Shown piece by piece: positions 18,852 to 29,023 of a stretch of 64,000 nucleotides of DNA. The stretch covers positions 1,856,001-1,920,000 of the forward strand of contig OY970218.1 of assembly GCA_963713975.1 (NCBI GenBank). Reading direction: 5' to 3'. The notes under the pieces are model-generated. The model made no database searches and was not told where the DNA came from. It worked only from the letters and a program-made list of their open reading frames with translations. Numbering within the stretch: the first letter of the stretch is position 1; each line of letters begins with the position of its first letter. The stretch is from an uncultured Chloroflexia bacterium (GTDB lineage Bacteria > Chloroflexota > Limnocylindria > Limnocylindrales > CSP1-4). The position numbers and the translations under genes are program-made.

Positions 18852-20606
18852 CTACGCCACCTGTGCCGGACCGGCCGACGCGGCCTCGACACGGGTTATC
18901 CAGGACTCCACGGTTCCGCGCAGGGTGGGGAGCGCGATGGCCCCGCTGCCGAGGACCACGTCGTGGAAGCCGCGAATGTCGAACGCCGCCCCGAGTCGCT
19001 CTCGCGCTTCGGCGCGGAGCGAGAGGATCTCGAGCTGGCCGGTCTTGTAGGCGAGGGCCTGGCCGGGCATGACGATGTAGCGATCCACCTCATTGGCGAT
19101 GTTGTTGGGCGCGAGGGCCGTGTGCTCGAGCATGAAGTCGATGGCCCGCTGGCGTGGCCATCCCATCGCGTGCAGCCCGGTGTCCACCACGAGCCGCGAT
19201 GCCCGCCAGGCGTCGAAGGAGAGCACGCCGATACGGTCGAGGTCGCCGCTGTAGAGGCCCATCTCGTCGGCCAGGCGCTCGGTGTAGAGCCCCCAGCCCT
19301 CGAAGAAGGCCGTCGGGCCGAGATGACGCCGGAACGCGGGGAGTTCCGGCAGCTCCTGCCCGATGGCGATCTGCAGGTGGTGGCCCGGGACCGACTCGTG
19401 GTAGGCGAGGACCTCCGCCTCGTACCGGGGGCGCGTGTCCGGATGGCCGGTGTTGATGTAGTACTGGCCGGCCCGCGAGCCATCCTCGGCCGGATGGCGG
19501 TAGTACGCGATGGTCTGGTGCTCCTCCTCGTGAGGTCCGATGCGGACCACCTCGCACGGGGCTTGCGGCAGGCGGCCGAACCAGTCCGGGATCGCCTCGA
19601 TCGCACGGGCCAGGGAGGAGGCGGCCTTGTCGAACACCTCGTCCCGTGTCGTGAACCGCAGGGCCGGGTCGGCTCGGAGTGCGGCCAGGGCACCCGGCAG
19701 GTCCCGGGCGCCGAGGGTGCGACCGGCGAGCTCCGCGAGCTCGGCGTCGATGCGTCGGATCTCGGCCAGGCCCGTGGCGTGCAGCTCCTCGGGGGTCGTG
19801 TCCAGTGACGTGTGCGCCCGGGCGAGCCGCCGGTAGGTCACGTCGCCGCCGGGCAGGTGGCACAGGCCCGCACGCTCCGGCGGCCTGGAGGCCGGGCGGA
19901 TCTCCGCGACCAGCGTCTCATGGAGCCGCGCGAAGGCGGGCCTGATGCCATCGGCGACGGCGGCTCGAACATCGCTCGTGAAGCGCTCCCGATCGTGCGC
20001 GGTCCAGCCGGGGGCATCCGCCGACACGCCGGCGAGCGGGGCAAGGAGCGGCCAGTCGTGGTCGGGGGATGCCAGCAGCGCGGCGAGGATGTCCACCACC
20101 CGGTCCACGGGCGCGGAGCACGCGACGAGGCCGTCTGCCAGCGATCGGCGGAGCGTGGCAGTGTGCGCGTCCGTGTAGCCGGGGATCGCCCGCCAGCGCT
20201 CGAGCAACGCCTCCGCCTGGGCACGCGTGGCGGCCGGCTGGTACTCGCTTGCCTGGAGGAGGTGGACGGGGAGCCCGTCGAGCGGGTCCACGTTCCACGC
20301 GCGCAGCCCGCCGTCGATGACGGTCAGGTCCGCTCCGATCGACTCCCGCAGCGCGGAGAGGGTGATCCGGTCGCCGGGTCCCTCGCCGCCGGGCTGGCCG
20401 GGGCCGTCCAGCGCATCCGCCTCTGCCAGGAGACCGGCAAGCCTCGCGCGTTCGGCGGACGCGCCGTCGGGTGTTGGGTCCGGGAGCCTGCCGTCGAAGC
20501 GTGGGTCGCCGACCGTCGTCGCGAACAGCGGGTTCGTCTCGAGGAAGGCGTCCCAGTACGCGGCTGCGAGCTCGTCCAGGGATCGCGCAGGGATGGGGTC
20601 GCTCAT
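18852..20606 (-). CDS. DUF885-family protein (metallopeptidase-like)
   Basis: [40 protein letters not shown]. Confidence 0.9.
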   Translation of the reverse strand: MSDPIPARSLDELAAAYWDAFLETNPLFATTVGDPRFDGRLPDPTPDGASAERARLAGLLAEADALDGPGQPGGEGPGDRITLSALRESIGADLTVIDGGLRAWNVDPLDGLPVHLLQASEYQPAATRAQAEALLERWRAIPGYTDAHTATLRRSLADGLVACSAPVDRVVDILAALLASPDHDWPLLAPLAGVSADAPGWTAHDRERFTSDVRAAVADGIRPAFARLHETLVAEIRPASRPPERAGLCHLPGGDVTYRRLARAHTSLDTTPEELHATGLAEIRRIDAELAELAGRTLGARDLPGALAALRADPALRFTTRDEVFDKAASSLARAIEAIPDWFGRLPQAPCEVVRIGPHEEEHQTIAYYRHPAEDGSRAGQYYINTGHPDTRPRYEAEVLAYHESVPGHHLQIAIGQELPELPAFRRHLGPTAFFEGWGLYTERLADEMGLYSGDLDRIGVLSFDAWRASRLVVDTGLHAMGWPRQRAIDFMLEHTALAPNNIANEVDRYIVMPGQALAYKTGQLEILSLRAEARERLGAAFDIRGFHDVVLGSGAIALPTLRGTVESWITRVEAASAGPAQVA

Positions 20607-20645
20607 GGCAGCAATGCTAGCGGCCGGACAGCCCGAGACGCCGGG

Positions 20646-21827
20646 TCAGCGGATGCAGGACCCGACGGACACGCTGCCGGTCCGGCCGATGGCCGGCGCG
20701 ATCCGGGCCGCGACCGTCGCCGGCGTCAGCGCGTAGCCCACGGCGGGATCTGTCCTGGACTCGGCGAAGATCAGCCCGCCGACCGTGCCGTTCTCCAGCA
20801 CCACCGGGCCCCCGGAGTCGCCGGGATCCACGGCGGCGCGCAGCTCGATGATGTCGCGGGTGATCCGGTGCTTGCCGTAGATGTCGCGACCGGTGGCCTC
20901 GTAGGAGCCGGCGACCGCGGCCGGCATCACGACGAGCGGACCGCCGCCCGCGAAGCCCAGGGCCGCTCCCAGCGCACCGCGCTTCGGCGTCCGTGTCGCG
21001 AACCGGAGCACCGGGCCGTCGATGCGAGGGGCGTGCAGGAGGGCCACGTCCAGGTCCGGGTCGAACAGCACGACGTCGGCATCGGCGACGTCCTCGCCGC
21101 TCGTGATGCGGATGGTGGACGCCCCGGCCACGACGTGGGCGTTGGTGACGAGGTAGCCCGGCGCCACGAGGAACGAGGTCCCTGCGACCTGTGACTCACA
21201 CGCACGCGCGATGACGCGGAACGTCGCGTCCATCGCCGCGCCGGCGATGCCCTGCGCCTCGGGGCTGGTCGGCGTGTCGACCGCCTGCAGCGGGATCGGC
21301 TCGAGGCCCACGAACACATCGGGAAGGCCAGAGGCGTCCAGCGCGCCCGCGATGCCGCCGATGAACTCCGCGGGTGGCGGCAGGTACTGGTCCACCGTGC
21401 GCACCGCCGTGGATTGGGACGCGGTCTGGGCGAGCCTCGGGAACGGCCCCGCGGCCATCAGGCCACCGGCGAGCCAGATGATCAGGAGGGCCTGGGCCGC
21501 TCCAACCAGGCCGCCGATCGCCCGGTCCACGCCCGACAGGACGCCGGTCCCGAGATGCTCGGCGATCGCCCGCCCGATCGCAGAACCACCCGCCTCGCCG
21601 AGAATCACCGCTCCCAGCACCGCCCCGAGGACAAGGAGGGCGCGTGGGATCGGCTCCAGGCCGTCGGTGATGTCGACGAGCCACGGGGCCGCATAGAGCA
21701 TCACGAGCAGCCCGGTCAGCGCCCCGCCGATGCCGCCGATCTGCGGCAGCGCCCCGGTGCGGACGCCGGCCAGCACGGCGAGCACCAGGATCACGAGCGC
21801 GATGAGGTCGAACAGGTTCGCGTCCAC
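20646..21827 (-). CDS. MarP-like membrane serine protease (CvpA-like TM domain plus trypsin-like domain)
   Basis: Four N-terminal TM segments, TNAHVV, DVALL, PGDSGGP. Confidence 0.9.
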   Translation of the reverse strand: MDANLFDLIALVILVLAVLAGVRTGALPQIGGIGGALTGLLVMLYAAPWLVDITDGLEPIPRALLVLGAVLGAVILGEAGGSAIGRAIAEHLGTGVLSGVDRAIGGLVGAAQALLIIWLAGGLMAAGPFPRLAQTASQSTAVRTVDQYLPPPAEFIGGIAGALDASGLPDVFVGLEPIPLQAVDTPTSPEAQGIAGAAMDATFRVIARACESQVAGTSFLVAPGYLVTNAHVVAGASTIRITSGEDVADADVVLFDPDLDVALLHAPRIDGPVLRFATRTPKRGALGAALGFAGGGPLVVMPAAVAGSYEATGRDIYGKHRITRDIIELRAAVDPGDSGGPVVLENGTVGGLIFAESRTDPAVGYALTPATVAARIAPAIGRTGSVSVGSCIR

Positions 21828-21888
21828 GCGCCGAGTATCGGTGAGGTTCCGATGTCCCGCCGGGAACGGGCACCCGACGCGGCCCGGG

Positions 21889-22521
21889 CTATCCCGCTTG
21901 GGTGGTCTCGAGGCGCGTGTCCACGCGCGGCGGATGAACCGCCTCCCAGGCCGCGATGTCGGCATCCCTGCCCATCACGAAGCCGATCTCGTCCGTGCCG
22001 GCCATGAGCATCGCCTTGGAGAACGGGTCGATCTCGAAGTCCAGGGTGGAGCCGTCCGGCAGCAGGATCCCCTGTTCGGCCAGGTCCACGCGCAGCTCCG
22101 CATCCGGGTTCGCGTCGACCATCTCGAACAGCGCCGTGTGGGTCGCCGGGTCGACCACGATCGGGAGGACACCGTTCTTGAGGGCGTTGTTCTGGAAGAT
22201 GTCGGCGAACGAGGTCGACAGGATGGCCTGGATGCCCCACGAGCGGAGGGCCCATGGTGCGTGCTCGCGCGAGCTGCCCGTCCCGAAGTTGTCCCCGACG
22301 AGCAGGACCTTGCGCCCCTGCATCTCATCCCGATCGAGGATCCAGGGCGGGTCCTTCTTCGTGCCGTCCTCGTTGAACCGGTAGTCGCGGAACAGGGCGT
22401 CCGCGAGGCCCTCCTTGTCGGTGACCTTGAGATAGCGGGCCGGGACGATCTGGTCCGTGTCCACGTTCTCCGTCTGGAGGGGCACGATCCGGGACGTGAA
22501 GGAGCGAAACGGCTCGGCCAT
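21889..22521 (-). CDS. leuD: 3-isopropylmalate dehydratase small subunit
   Basis: NVDTDQIVPARYL, NFGTGSSREHAPW, SFADIFQNN. Confidence 0.96.
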   Translation of the reverse strand: MAEPFRSFTSRIVPLQTENVDTDQIVPARYLKVTDKEGLADALFRDYRFNEDGTKKDPPWILDRDEMQGRKVLLVGDNFGTGSSREHAPWALRSWGIQAILSTSFADIFQNNALKNGVLPIVVDPATHTALFEMVDANPDAELRVDLAEQGILLPDGSTLDFEIDPFSKAMLMAGTDEIGFVMGRDADIAAWEAVHPPRVDTRLETTQAG

Positions 22522-22523
22522 GG

Positions 22524-23966
22524 TCAGTACCCTCCGCCGACGGTGACCAGGTCCTCGACGCCGGGCAGCGTGCGGGGATCGGTCACGACGCCGGTGATCG
22601 CCGATGCGGCCGCGGTCAGCGGCGAGGCGAGGAACGTGCGGCCGCCCTTGCCCTGGCGGCCTTCGAAGTTGCGGTTGGACGTGCTCACCGCGTACTGGCC
22701 GGGCGAGAGCTGGTCCCCGTTCATCGCAATGCACATCGAGCAGCCGGCCTCGCGCCACTCGGCCCCGGCGGCGCGGAAGATCTCGTGGAGACCCTCGCGC
22801 TCGGCCTGGGCCTTCACCTGCTGCGAGCCGGGCACGACCATCAGGCGCACGCCGTCCGCCGCCTTGCGTCCCTTGAGCACGCTCGCGGCCAGCCGCAGGT
22901 CGCTGATCCGGCTGTTGGTGCAGGAGCCGATGAACACCACGTCGACGGGCTGGCCCGCGATCGGCTGTCCGGGTCGGAGGTCCATGTACTCGAGGGCTCG
23001 TTCCAGGCCCCGCCGTGCGCCGTCGTCGACGGCGTCCTCGGGCCGCGGCACGAGGCCGCTCACCGGGATGCCCATGCCGGGGTTGTTGCCGTAGGTGACC
23101 ATCGGTTCGAGGGCGCCCGCGTCGATCACGATCGACTTGTCGAAGGTGGCGCCGTCGTCCGTGGGCAGGGTCCGCCACGTCGCGACGGCCTCGTCCCAGG
23201 CGGCGCCCTGTGGCGCGTGGCGCCGGCCCCGGATGTACTCGAACGTCGTCTCGTCCGGGGCGATGAGCCCGGCCCTGGCGCCGCCCTCGATGCTCATGTT
23301 GCAGATCGTCATCCGCTGTTCCATGTTCAGGGCACGGATCGCCTCGCCGCGGAACTCGAACACGTGGCCGGTGCCGCCGCCGATGCCGATCCGGGCGATG
23401 AGGGCGAGGATGATGTCCTTCGCGCTGACGCCGGGGTTCAGCCGGCCGTCGACGCGGACCTCGTAGGTCTTCGGCTTGCGTTGGAGGAGCGTCTGGGTCG
23501 CGAGGACCATCTCGACCTCGCTCGTCCCGATGCCGAACGCCAGGGCCCCGAACGCCCCGTGCGTGGCCGTGTGCGAGTCGCCGCAGACGATGGTCATGCC
23601 AGGCTGCGTCAGGCCGAGCTCCGGGCCGATGACGTGGACGATCCCCTGGGTATCGCTGCCGAAGGCGTGGATGGGGATGCCGAAGTCCGCGCAGTTGGTC
23701 TCGAGCTGCTTGATCTGCGCGGCCGCCTGCATGTCGACCATCGGCAGGCCCCGCGGGGTGGTCGGGGTGCCGTGGTCCGCCGTGGCCACCGTCTTGTCCG
23801 GGCGCCGGACCGGCGTGCCCCGGGCGCGGAGCCCGGTGAAGGCCTGGGGGCTGGTGACCTCGTGGACGAGGTGCAGGTCTATGGCGAGGATCGCCGGGGC
23901 GCCCGGGTCCTGCGAGACGACGTGCTCGTCCCAGATCTTCTCGACGAGGGTGCGCGGTCTGGTCAT
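22524..23966 (-). CDS. leuC: 3-isopropylmalate dehydratase large subunit
   Basis: [37 protein letters not shown]. Confidence 0.97.
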   Translation of the reverse strand: MTRPRTLVEKIWDEHVVSQDPGAPAILAIDLHLVHEVTSPQAFTGLRARGTPVRRPDKTVATADHGTPTTPRGLPMVDMQAAAQIKQLETNCADFGIPIHAFGSDTQGIVHVIGPELGLTQPGMTIVCGDSHTATHGAFGALAFGIGTSEVEMVLATQTLLQRKPKTYEVRVDGRLNPGVSAKDIILALIARIGIGGGTGHVFEFRGEAIRALNMEQRMTICNMSIEGGARAGLIAPDETTFEYIRGRRHAPQGAAWDEAVATWRTLPTDDGATFDKSIVIDAGALEPMVTYGNNPGMGIPVSGLVPRPEDAVDDGARRGLERALEYMDLRPGQPIAGQPVDVVFIGSCTNSRISDLRLAASVLKGRKAADGVRLMVVPGSQQVKAQAEREGLHEIFRAAGAEWREAGCSMCIAMNGDQLSPGQYAVSTSNRNFEGRQGKGGRTFLASPLTAAASAITGVVTDPRTLPGVEDLVTVGGGY

Positions 23967-24062
23967 GCCTTGGGTCTGCTCTGCTGCGGCTGCGGGGGAC
24001 TCGAAGGGTACCAGCGCGTGGCGGACGGACGCCCAGCGGGCGCCGCGCGGCCGATCGACAAC

Positions 24063-24794
24063 TCAGCGTCCCGGCACGAGTCGGCTGCGTCTGCCCTCGA
24101 GCACAGCCCAGACGAGGGTGGGACCCGGTCATGGCCCGGCGCCCGAGAGCGCCCGAAGCGCGTCGTCCGGATGTCCCGGGTAGGCGACCCGCAGCTGGCG
24201 TTCGAAGTCGGTAGCCACGGTGCGCGTGGCCCGGGTGTGCCGGACGACCAGCAGCATCGAGATCTGCGGCTCCGGATCGAACAGCGGCCAGCCGTCCCAG
24301 CTGGGCAGCGCAGCTGCCTTCTCCGCCGACAACCGGATCAGCTGCTCGAGGCGCCGCAACTCGGACTGGAGCTCGCTCGCGACCAGCAGGTGGGCCGCGG
24401 CGTCATGTAGCGCTGCATCGATCCATCCGCGCGACGGGCGTCGCACCGCGACCTCGGTGAACGGCCGCCATCGAGGATGGAGGACGCTGAGCAGCAACTC
24501 GAGCATGCGGGCCTGGTGCCTGTGCCGGATCGCGGGCCCGGTGTTCGGGTAGATCCGCGCGCTGAGGTCCGCACCGAGCGCCGCGGCTAGACGCTGGTAC
24601 GTCTCGATTGGCGGGTGCCCGTTATCTTCCTCGATCCGCCCGAGGTAGGCGGGGTCCACGCCGGCATGTGCAGCCAGGAGCGAGCGAGTGGCGCCAGCGT
24701 CCTCGCGGAGCCTCATGAGGTCGTCCCGAAGGGCCTGATGGCGACTCGTCGTCGCCCTGTGGATCGCCCGCTCGAACGCCGGAGTGGTGGCCAT
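24063..24794 (-). pseudogene. XRE-type HTH plus PD-(D/E)xK-like domain protein, probably truncated by TGA at 24129-24131
   Basis: LREDAGATRSLLAAHAGVDPAYLGRIE HTH; TEV..GWID..ASELQSE nuclease-like core; frame continues GAGP*PGPTLVWAVLEGRRSRLVPGR* to 24063. CDS is well supported, pseudogene status is inference. Confidence 0.55.
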
Positions 24795-24866
24795 GGGGAC
24801 AGTGTGGGCGGGCCCGCTCATCTCCGGCTTTGACGCCTCGCCACCTTGCGCGGGCTCGACGTCGGC

Positions 24867-25032
24867 GCTGGACTCCCAGTCCACGAAGCCATGGGATCAT
24901 GCGACCCGGCTGGACTCCGGGTCCAGTGGTGGCGTTCTGGAAGCCCCGGAGATCCCGCGCATGCCGCTCTCGCTGGACTGGGGGGCCAGTCGCGCCGTGG
25001 CACCGCGGCAGATGCTGGACTGGCAGTCCGGC
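24867..25032. repeat. Four GCTGGACT-containing short palindromes
   Basis: GCTGGACT at 24867, 24909, 24972, 25014, each followed by a complementary arm. Confidence 0.75.
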
Positions 25033-25079
25033 CGGGGTTGTGGTCGAGGGGGCGCGCGGGAGCCATGAGGGCCCGGGTG

Positions 25080-25109
25080 TTGCGCCTCGACCCCGACTAC
25101 CGCTATCCT
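25080..25109 (+). promoter_or_regulatory. Putative promoter of the ilvB operon
   Basis: TTGCGC-N18-TATCCT about 30 nt upstream of the leader ATG. Confidence 0.45.
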
Positions 25110-25138
25110 TCGCGCACCCGTCAGCACGGACGGGCCCA

Positions 25139-25372
25139 ATGGAGTCGGGTCGCTTGGACTTCTTCCAGGGTCGCAACCGCAGCCGCGTCGCCGTCATCGT
25201 GACGTCCGATGGTCGCCGCGTCACCGTGCCCCTGCGCGACCTCGAGCCCCAGGGCGTATCCCCCCTCGACCTTATTCGCTCGCTCCTGGCCGGCCTTGAG
25301 AGCCTTCTTGGCCTCCTCATTACCGGCTCCCGGCGGGAGAACGGAGGAACGCGGAGGGACGGACGCCACTGA
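25139..25372 (+). CDS. Putative ilv-leu operon leader (attenuator) peptide
   Basis: 77 aa, 21 L/I/V; LDLIRSLLAGLESLLGLLI block uses CTT x4 and ATT x2; stop lies 24 nt before a terminator stem. Confidence 0.65.
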   Translation: MESGRLDFFQGRNRSRVAVIVTSDGRRVTVPLRDLEPQGVSPLDLIRSLLAGLESLLGLLITGSRRENGGTRRDGRH

Positions 25373-25391
25373 GGCGCCGCCACCGAGAACC

Positions 25392-25429
25392 AAAGGGACC
25401 CTCGCCGGGTGGCGAGGGTCTTTGTATGT
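25392..25429 (+). terminator. Intrinsic terminator of the attenuator upstream of ilvB
   Basis: GACCCTCGCC-gggt-GGCGAGGGTC perfect 10-bp stem followed by TTTGTATGT. Confidence 0.85.
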
Positions 25430-25471
25430 CCGGCGGTCGCGGGACCGGCGGACGGAGGGATCTGAGCGGAC

Positions 25472-27358
25472 ATGACCATCACGAGAGGTGAGCCACCGGC
25501 CGGTGCGGCCACCGATGCGCCACAGGCCCCACCCACGCCGCAGCGTCGCAGCCATGTGCCCGGCGACGGCACCGCGGCCGCGGCGGCCATCGAGCAGGCG
25601 CGCAAGGACATGCTCCACGACGTCCGCGGCAAGAAGCGGACGCGGATCGGCGCAGACGCGCTCATGGAGGCGCTCATCCTCCAGGGTGCCGACACGCTGT
25701 TCAGCTACCCGGGCGGCGTGATCCTGCCGATCTACGACATCCTCGGCGACTACCCGCAGATCCGGCACATCCTCGTCCGCCACGAGCAGGGCGGCGGTCA
25801 TGCGGCCGATGGCTACGCTCGCGCCAGCGGCAAGGTCGGCGTGTGCATGGGCACCAGCGGCCCGGGCGCCACCAACCTCGTGACGGCGATCGGCACCGCG
25901 CAGCTGGACTCCGTCCCGATGGTCGCGCTGACCGGCAACGTGCCCGGCTCGCTGATCGGCAAGGACGCCTTCCAGGAGATCGACATCACCGGCATCACCC
26001 TGCCGATGACCAAGCACAACTACCTGGTTCGCAACGCCGACGACATCCCGCGGGTCGTCGCGGAGGCCTTCTACATCGCGAAGACCGGCCGCCCGGGTCC
26101 CGTTCACATCGACTTCACCAAGGACGCCCTGCAGCAGGAGACACGCGCCGAGCACCCCTCCCTCGACGACGTGATCGCCGGCCTGCCAGGCTTTCGCCCC
26201 AACCTCGCGGGGCATCCGAAGCAGCTCAAGACCGCCGCCCGGGAGATCGCAGAGGCCAAGCGCCCGCTGATCCTCGCCGGCCACGGGGTCCTGATCGCGG
26301 AGGCGTGGGACGAGCTCAAGGCGTTCGCCGAGAAGACCCAGATCCCCATCGCGTGGTCGCTCCTGGGCATCGGCTGTATCGACGAGCGGCACCCCCTCGC
26401 CTACGGCTACATGGGCATGCACGGCTGGAAGCACGTCAACCGCGCGATCCAGTCGGCGGACCTGCTGATCGCCATCGGCATGCGCTTCGACGACCGCGTC
26501 ACGGGCAGCGTCAAGACGTATGCCCCGTACGCCCGGATCATCCACGCGGACATCGACCCGGCCGAGATCGGCAAGAACGTCGCCGTCGAGGTCCCGATCG
26601 TGGGCGATGCGAAGAACGTCCTCGAGGGCCTGACCAGGCTCGTCCATGCGGTCGACCCGGCGGCACGCGCCGACTACCTCGCCGAGCTCGCCCAGTGGCG
26701 GGTTGAGTCCGAGGGCGCGTCCTGGCACGGCTCCGGCGCGTGGCAGGGCGGCGTGCTCTCGGCCGACTTCGTGGTCGAGCGGATCGGCGAGCTGACCGAT
26801 CACGTCGCGACCTACGTCGCGGACGTGGGCCAGAACCAGATGTGGCTCGCGCGCTATGCGGGGTTCCGCCGGCCGCACAGCCACATCAGCTCGGGCGGGC
26901 TGGGCACGATGGGCTTCGCGGTCCCGGCCGCCATGGGCGCGGCGCTCGGCAACCCGGACGCCGAGACCTGGGCCGTGTGCGGGGACGGCGGCTTCCAGAT
27001 GACGAGCCAGGAGCTGATGACGCTCGCCGCGGATCGGATCCCGGTGAAGATCGCGCTCCTCGACAACAAGAAGCTGGGCATGATCCGGCAGTGGCAGGAG
27101 ATCTTCTACGCGGAGAACTACCACTCGTCGCACCTGCCCGGACCCGACTTCGTCAAGCTCGCCGACGCCTACGGCATCCCCGCCTTCAAGGCCACCACCC
27201 CTGAGGAGGTGGACACGGCGATCAGGGCGGCCCAGGCCGTTGACGGCCCGGCGCTGATCTGGTTCGAGATCGAGCAGGAGCAGAACGTGTTCCCGATCAT
27301 GCCGGCGGGCAAGGGCCTGTCCGACCTGATCGAGACATGGGGGGGTCCCGAGGAATGA
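25472..27358 (+). CDS. ilvB: Acetolactate synthase large subunit
   Basis: [48 protein letters not shown]; GGAGG RBS. Confidence 0.97.
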   Translation: MTITRGEPPAGAATDAPQAPPTPQRRSHVPGDGTAAAAAIEQARKDMLHDVRGKKRTRIGADALMEALILQGADTLFSYPGGVILPIYDILGDYPQIRHILVRHEQGGGHAADGYARASGKVGVCMGTSGPGATNLVTAIGTAQLDSVPMVALTGNVPGSLIGKDAFQEIDITGITLPMTKHNYLVRNADDIPRVVAEAFYIAKTGRPGPVHIDFTKDALQQETRAEHPSLDDVIAGLPGFRPNLAGHPKQLKTAAREIAEAKRPLILAGHGVLIAEAWDELKAFAEKTQIPIAWSLLGIGCIDERHPLAYGYMGMHGWKHVNRAIQSADLLIAIGMRFDDRVTGSVKTYAPYARIIHADIDPAEIGKNVAVEVPIVGDAKNVLEGLTRLVHAVDPAARADYLAELAQWRVESEGASWHGSGAWQGGVLSADFVVERIGELTDHVATYVADVGQNQMWLARYAGFRRPHSHISSGGLGTMGFAVPAAMGAALGNPDAETWAVCGDGGFQMTSQELMTLAADRIPVKIALLDNKKLGMIRQWQEIFYAENYHSSHLPGPDFVKLADAYGIPAFKATTPEEVDTAIRAAQAVDGPALIWFEIEQEQNVFPIMPAGKGLSDLIETWGGPEE

Positions 27359-27972
27359 GCACGGACCAGTTCGCCGCTCCCGCGGCTCCGGACGCACCTG
27401 CCACGACGGCCCCGGCCGTCGCCCACATCGCGCCGCCGTCACGGATCCTGCCCGGCTCGGGCGAGGCCCAGCGCCACGTCCTGGTCGTGCTCGTCATGGA
27501 CCGGCCCGGCGTGCTCAACCGCGTCGCGAGCCTGATGCGGGCGCGCAACTTCAACATCGACTCGCTGGCGGTCTCCCGGACGGACCGGGACCACATCAGC
27601 CGGATGACGATCACCCTGCACGGGGATGCCGTGGCCGTCGAGCAGGCGGCCAAGCAGCTCTACCGGCTGATCGACGTCCTCAAGGTCCAGGACGTCACCC
27701 GGGACCAGCTCGTGGAGCACGAGCTTGCCCTGGTGAAGGTCCGCGCGACGGAGGCCAATCGGGCCGAGGTCATCAAGGTCGTGGAGCTGTCCAAGGGCGC
27801 CATCGTCGACATCTCGGCCGAGTCCGTGATCGTCGAGGCGCACGGTTCGGAGGCGGAGATCGACGCGCTCGTCGCGCTGCTCCGCTCCTACGGCATCAAG
27901 GAGCTGGTCCGCACGGGCGCAACCGTCATGCTGCGCGGCGCGGGCTCCATCGAGGAGGCACTCAAGCTGTGA
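27355..27972 (+). CDS. ilvN: Acetolactate synthase regulatory subunit
   Basis: [33 protein letters not shown]. Confidence 0.95.
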   Translation: MSTDQFAAPAAPDAPATTAPAVAHIAPPSRILPGSGEAQRHVLVVLVMDRPGVLNRVASLMRARNFNIDSLAVSRTDRDHISRMTITLHGDAVAVEQAAKQLYRLIDVLKVQDVTRDQLVEHELALVKVRATEANRAEVIKVVELSKGAIVDISAESVIVEAHGSEAEIDALVALLRSYGIKELVRTGATVMLRGAGSIEEALKL

Positions 27973-29021
27973 CCGCGAAGATGTACTACGACGCCGATGC
28001 CGATCCGTCGGCGCTCGAAGGCCAGACCATCGCGGTCATCGGCTACGGGTCCCAGGGCCACGCCCACGCGCTGAACCTGCGTGACAGCGGCCAGACGGTG
28101 GTCATCGGCCTTGCGCCCGGGTCGAAGAGCCGTCCGCTCGCCGAGGCCGCCGGCTTTGAGGTCATGGACGTGGCCGGGGCCACCAAGGCAGCCGACGTGA
28201 TCATGATCGCCGTCCCGGACACGATCCAGAAGGCCGTCTACGACACGGACATCGAACCCAACCTCCGGCCCGGCCAGCTGCTGATGTTCGCCCACGGCTT
28301 CAACATCCGGTTCGCCCGGATCCAGCCCCCGGCGACGGTGGACGTGGGGATGGTCGCGCCCAAGGGACCGGGCCACCTCGTGCGCAGCGTGTACGAGCAG
28401 GGTGGCGGGGTGCCGGCGCTGTTCGCCGTGGACCAGGATGCGACCGGGACGGCCCGGGCGCGCACGCTCGCCTATGCCCGCGGCCTGGGCAATACCCGCG
28501 CCGGCGTCCTCGAGACGACGTTCACCGAGGAGACCGAGACCGACCTGTTCGGCGAGCAGGCGCTGCTGTGCGGTGGCGTGTCCGCCCTCGTGAAGGCCGC
28601 GTTCGAGACGCTCGTCGAGGCGGGCTACCAGCCGGAGCTCGCGTACTTCGAGACCATGCACGAGCTCAAGCTGATCGTGGACCTCATGTACCGCGGCGGC
28701 CTCAACTTCATGCGCTTCAGCGTCAGCGACACCGCGGAGTACGGCGACTATGTGTCCGGCCCGCGCGTGACGGAAGGCGCCAAGGCGGCGATGAAGGACG
28801 TGCTCACCGACATCCAGAGCGGTGCCTTCGCGGCGAAGTGGATCGCCGTTCAGGACGCCGGCGGCGAGGATTTCCGGCGCCTGCGCGAGCAGGACCGCCA
28901 CCACCAGATCGAGCAGGTCGGCGCCGACCTGCGGGCGAAGATGCCGTTCCTCAAGCCGGTCGTGGTCGAGGCCGGCCAGGCGCAGGCCGTGGCCAGTGCG
29001 GTACCCGGCGGGGAGAAGTAG
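27969..29021 (+). CDS. ilvC: Ketol-acid reductoisomerase
   Basis: [37 protein letters not shown]. Confidence 0.97.
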   Translation: MTAKMYYDADADPSALEGQTIAVIGYGSQGHAHALNLRDSGQTVVIGLAPGSKSRPLAEAAGFEVMDVAGATKAADVIMIAVPDTIQKAVYDTDIEPNLRPGQLLMFAHGFNIRFARIQPPATVDVGMVAPKGPGHLVRSVYEQGGGVPALFAVDQDATGTARARTLAYARGLGNTRAGVLETTFTEETETDLFGEQALLCGGVSALVKAAFETLVEAGYQPELAYFETMHELKLIVDLMYRGGLNFMRFSVSDTAEYGDYVSGPRVTEGAKAAMKDVLTDIQSGAFAAKWIAVQDAGGEDFRRLREQDRHHQIEQVGADLRAKMPFLKPVVVEAGQAQAVASAVPGGEK

Positions 29022-29023
29022 CC

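Noticed and set aside
24129-24131. TGA recoding (Trp or Sec)
   Set aside because: TGA is the normal stop for many genes here and the position is not Cys-like; point mutation or error is simpler.
24867-25032. Mini CRISPR array
   Set aside because: Shared core is only 8 bp, spacing varies, and there are no cas genes.
25110-25471. T-box riboswitch upstream of ilvB
   Set aside because: No GGUGGNACCGCG T-box before the terminator and no recognisable stem I; a leader peptide explains the region better.
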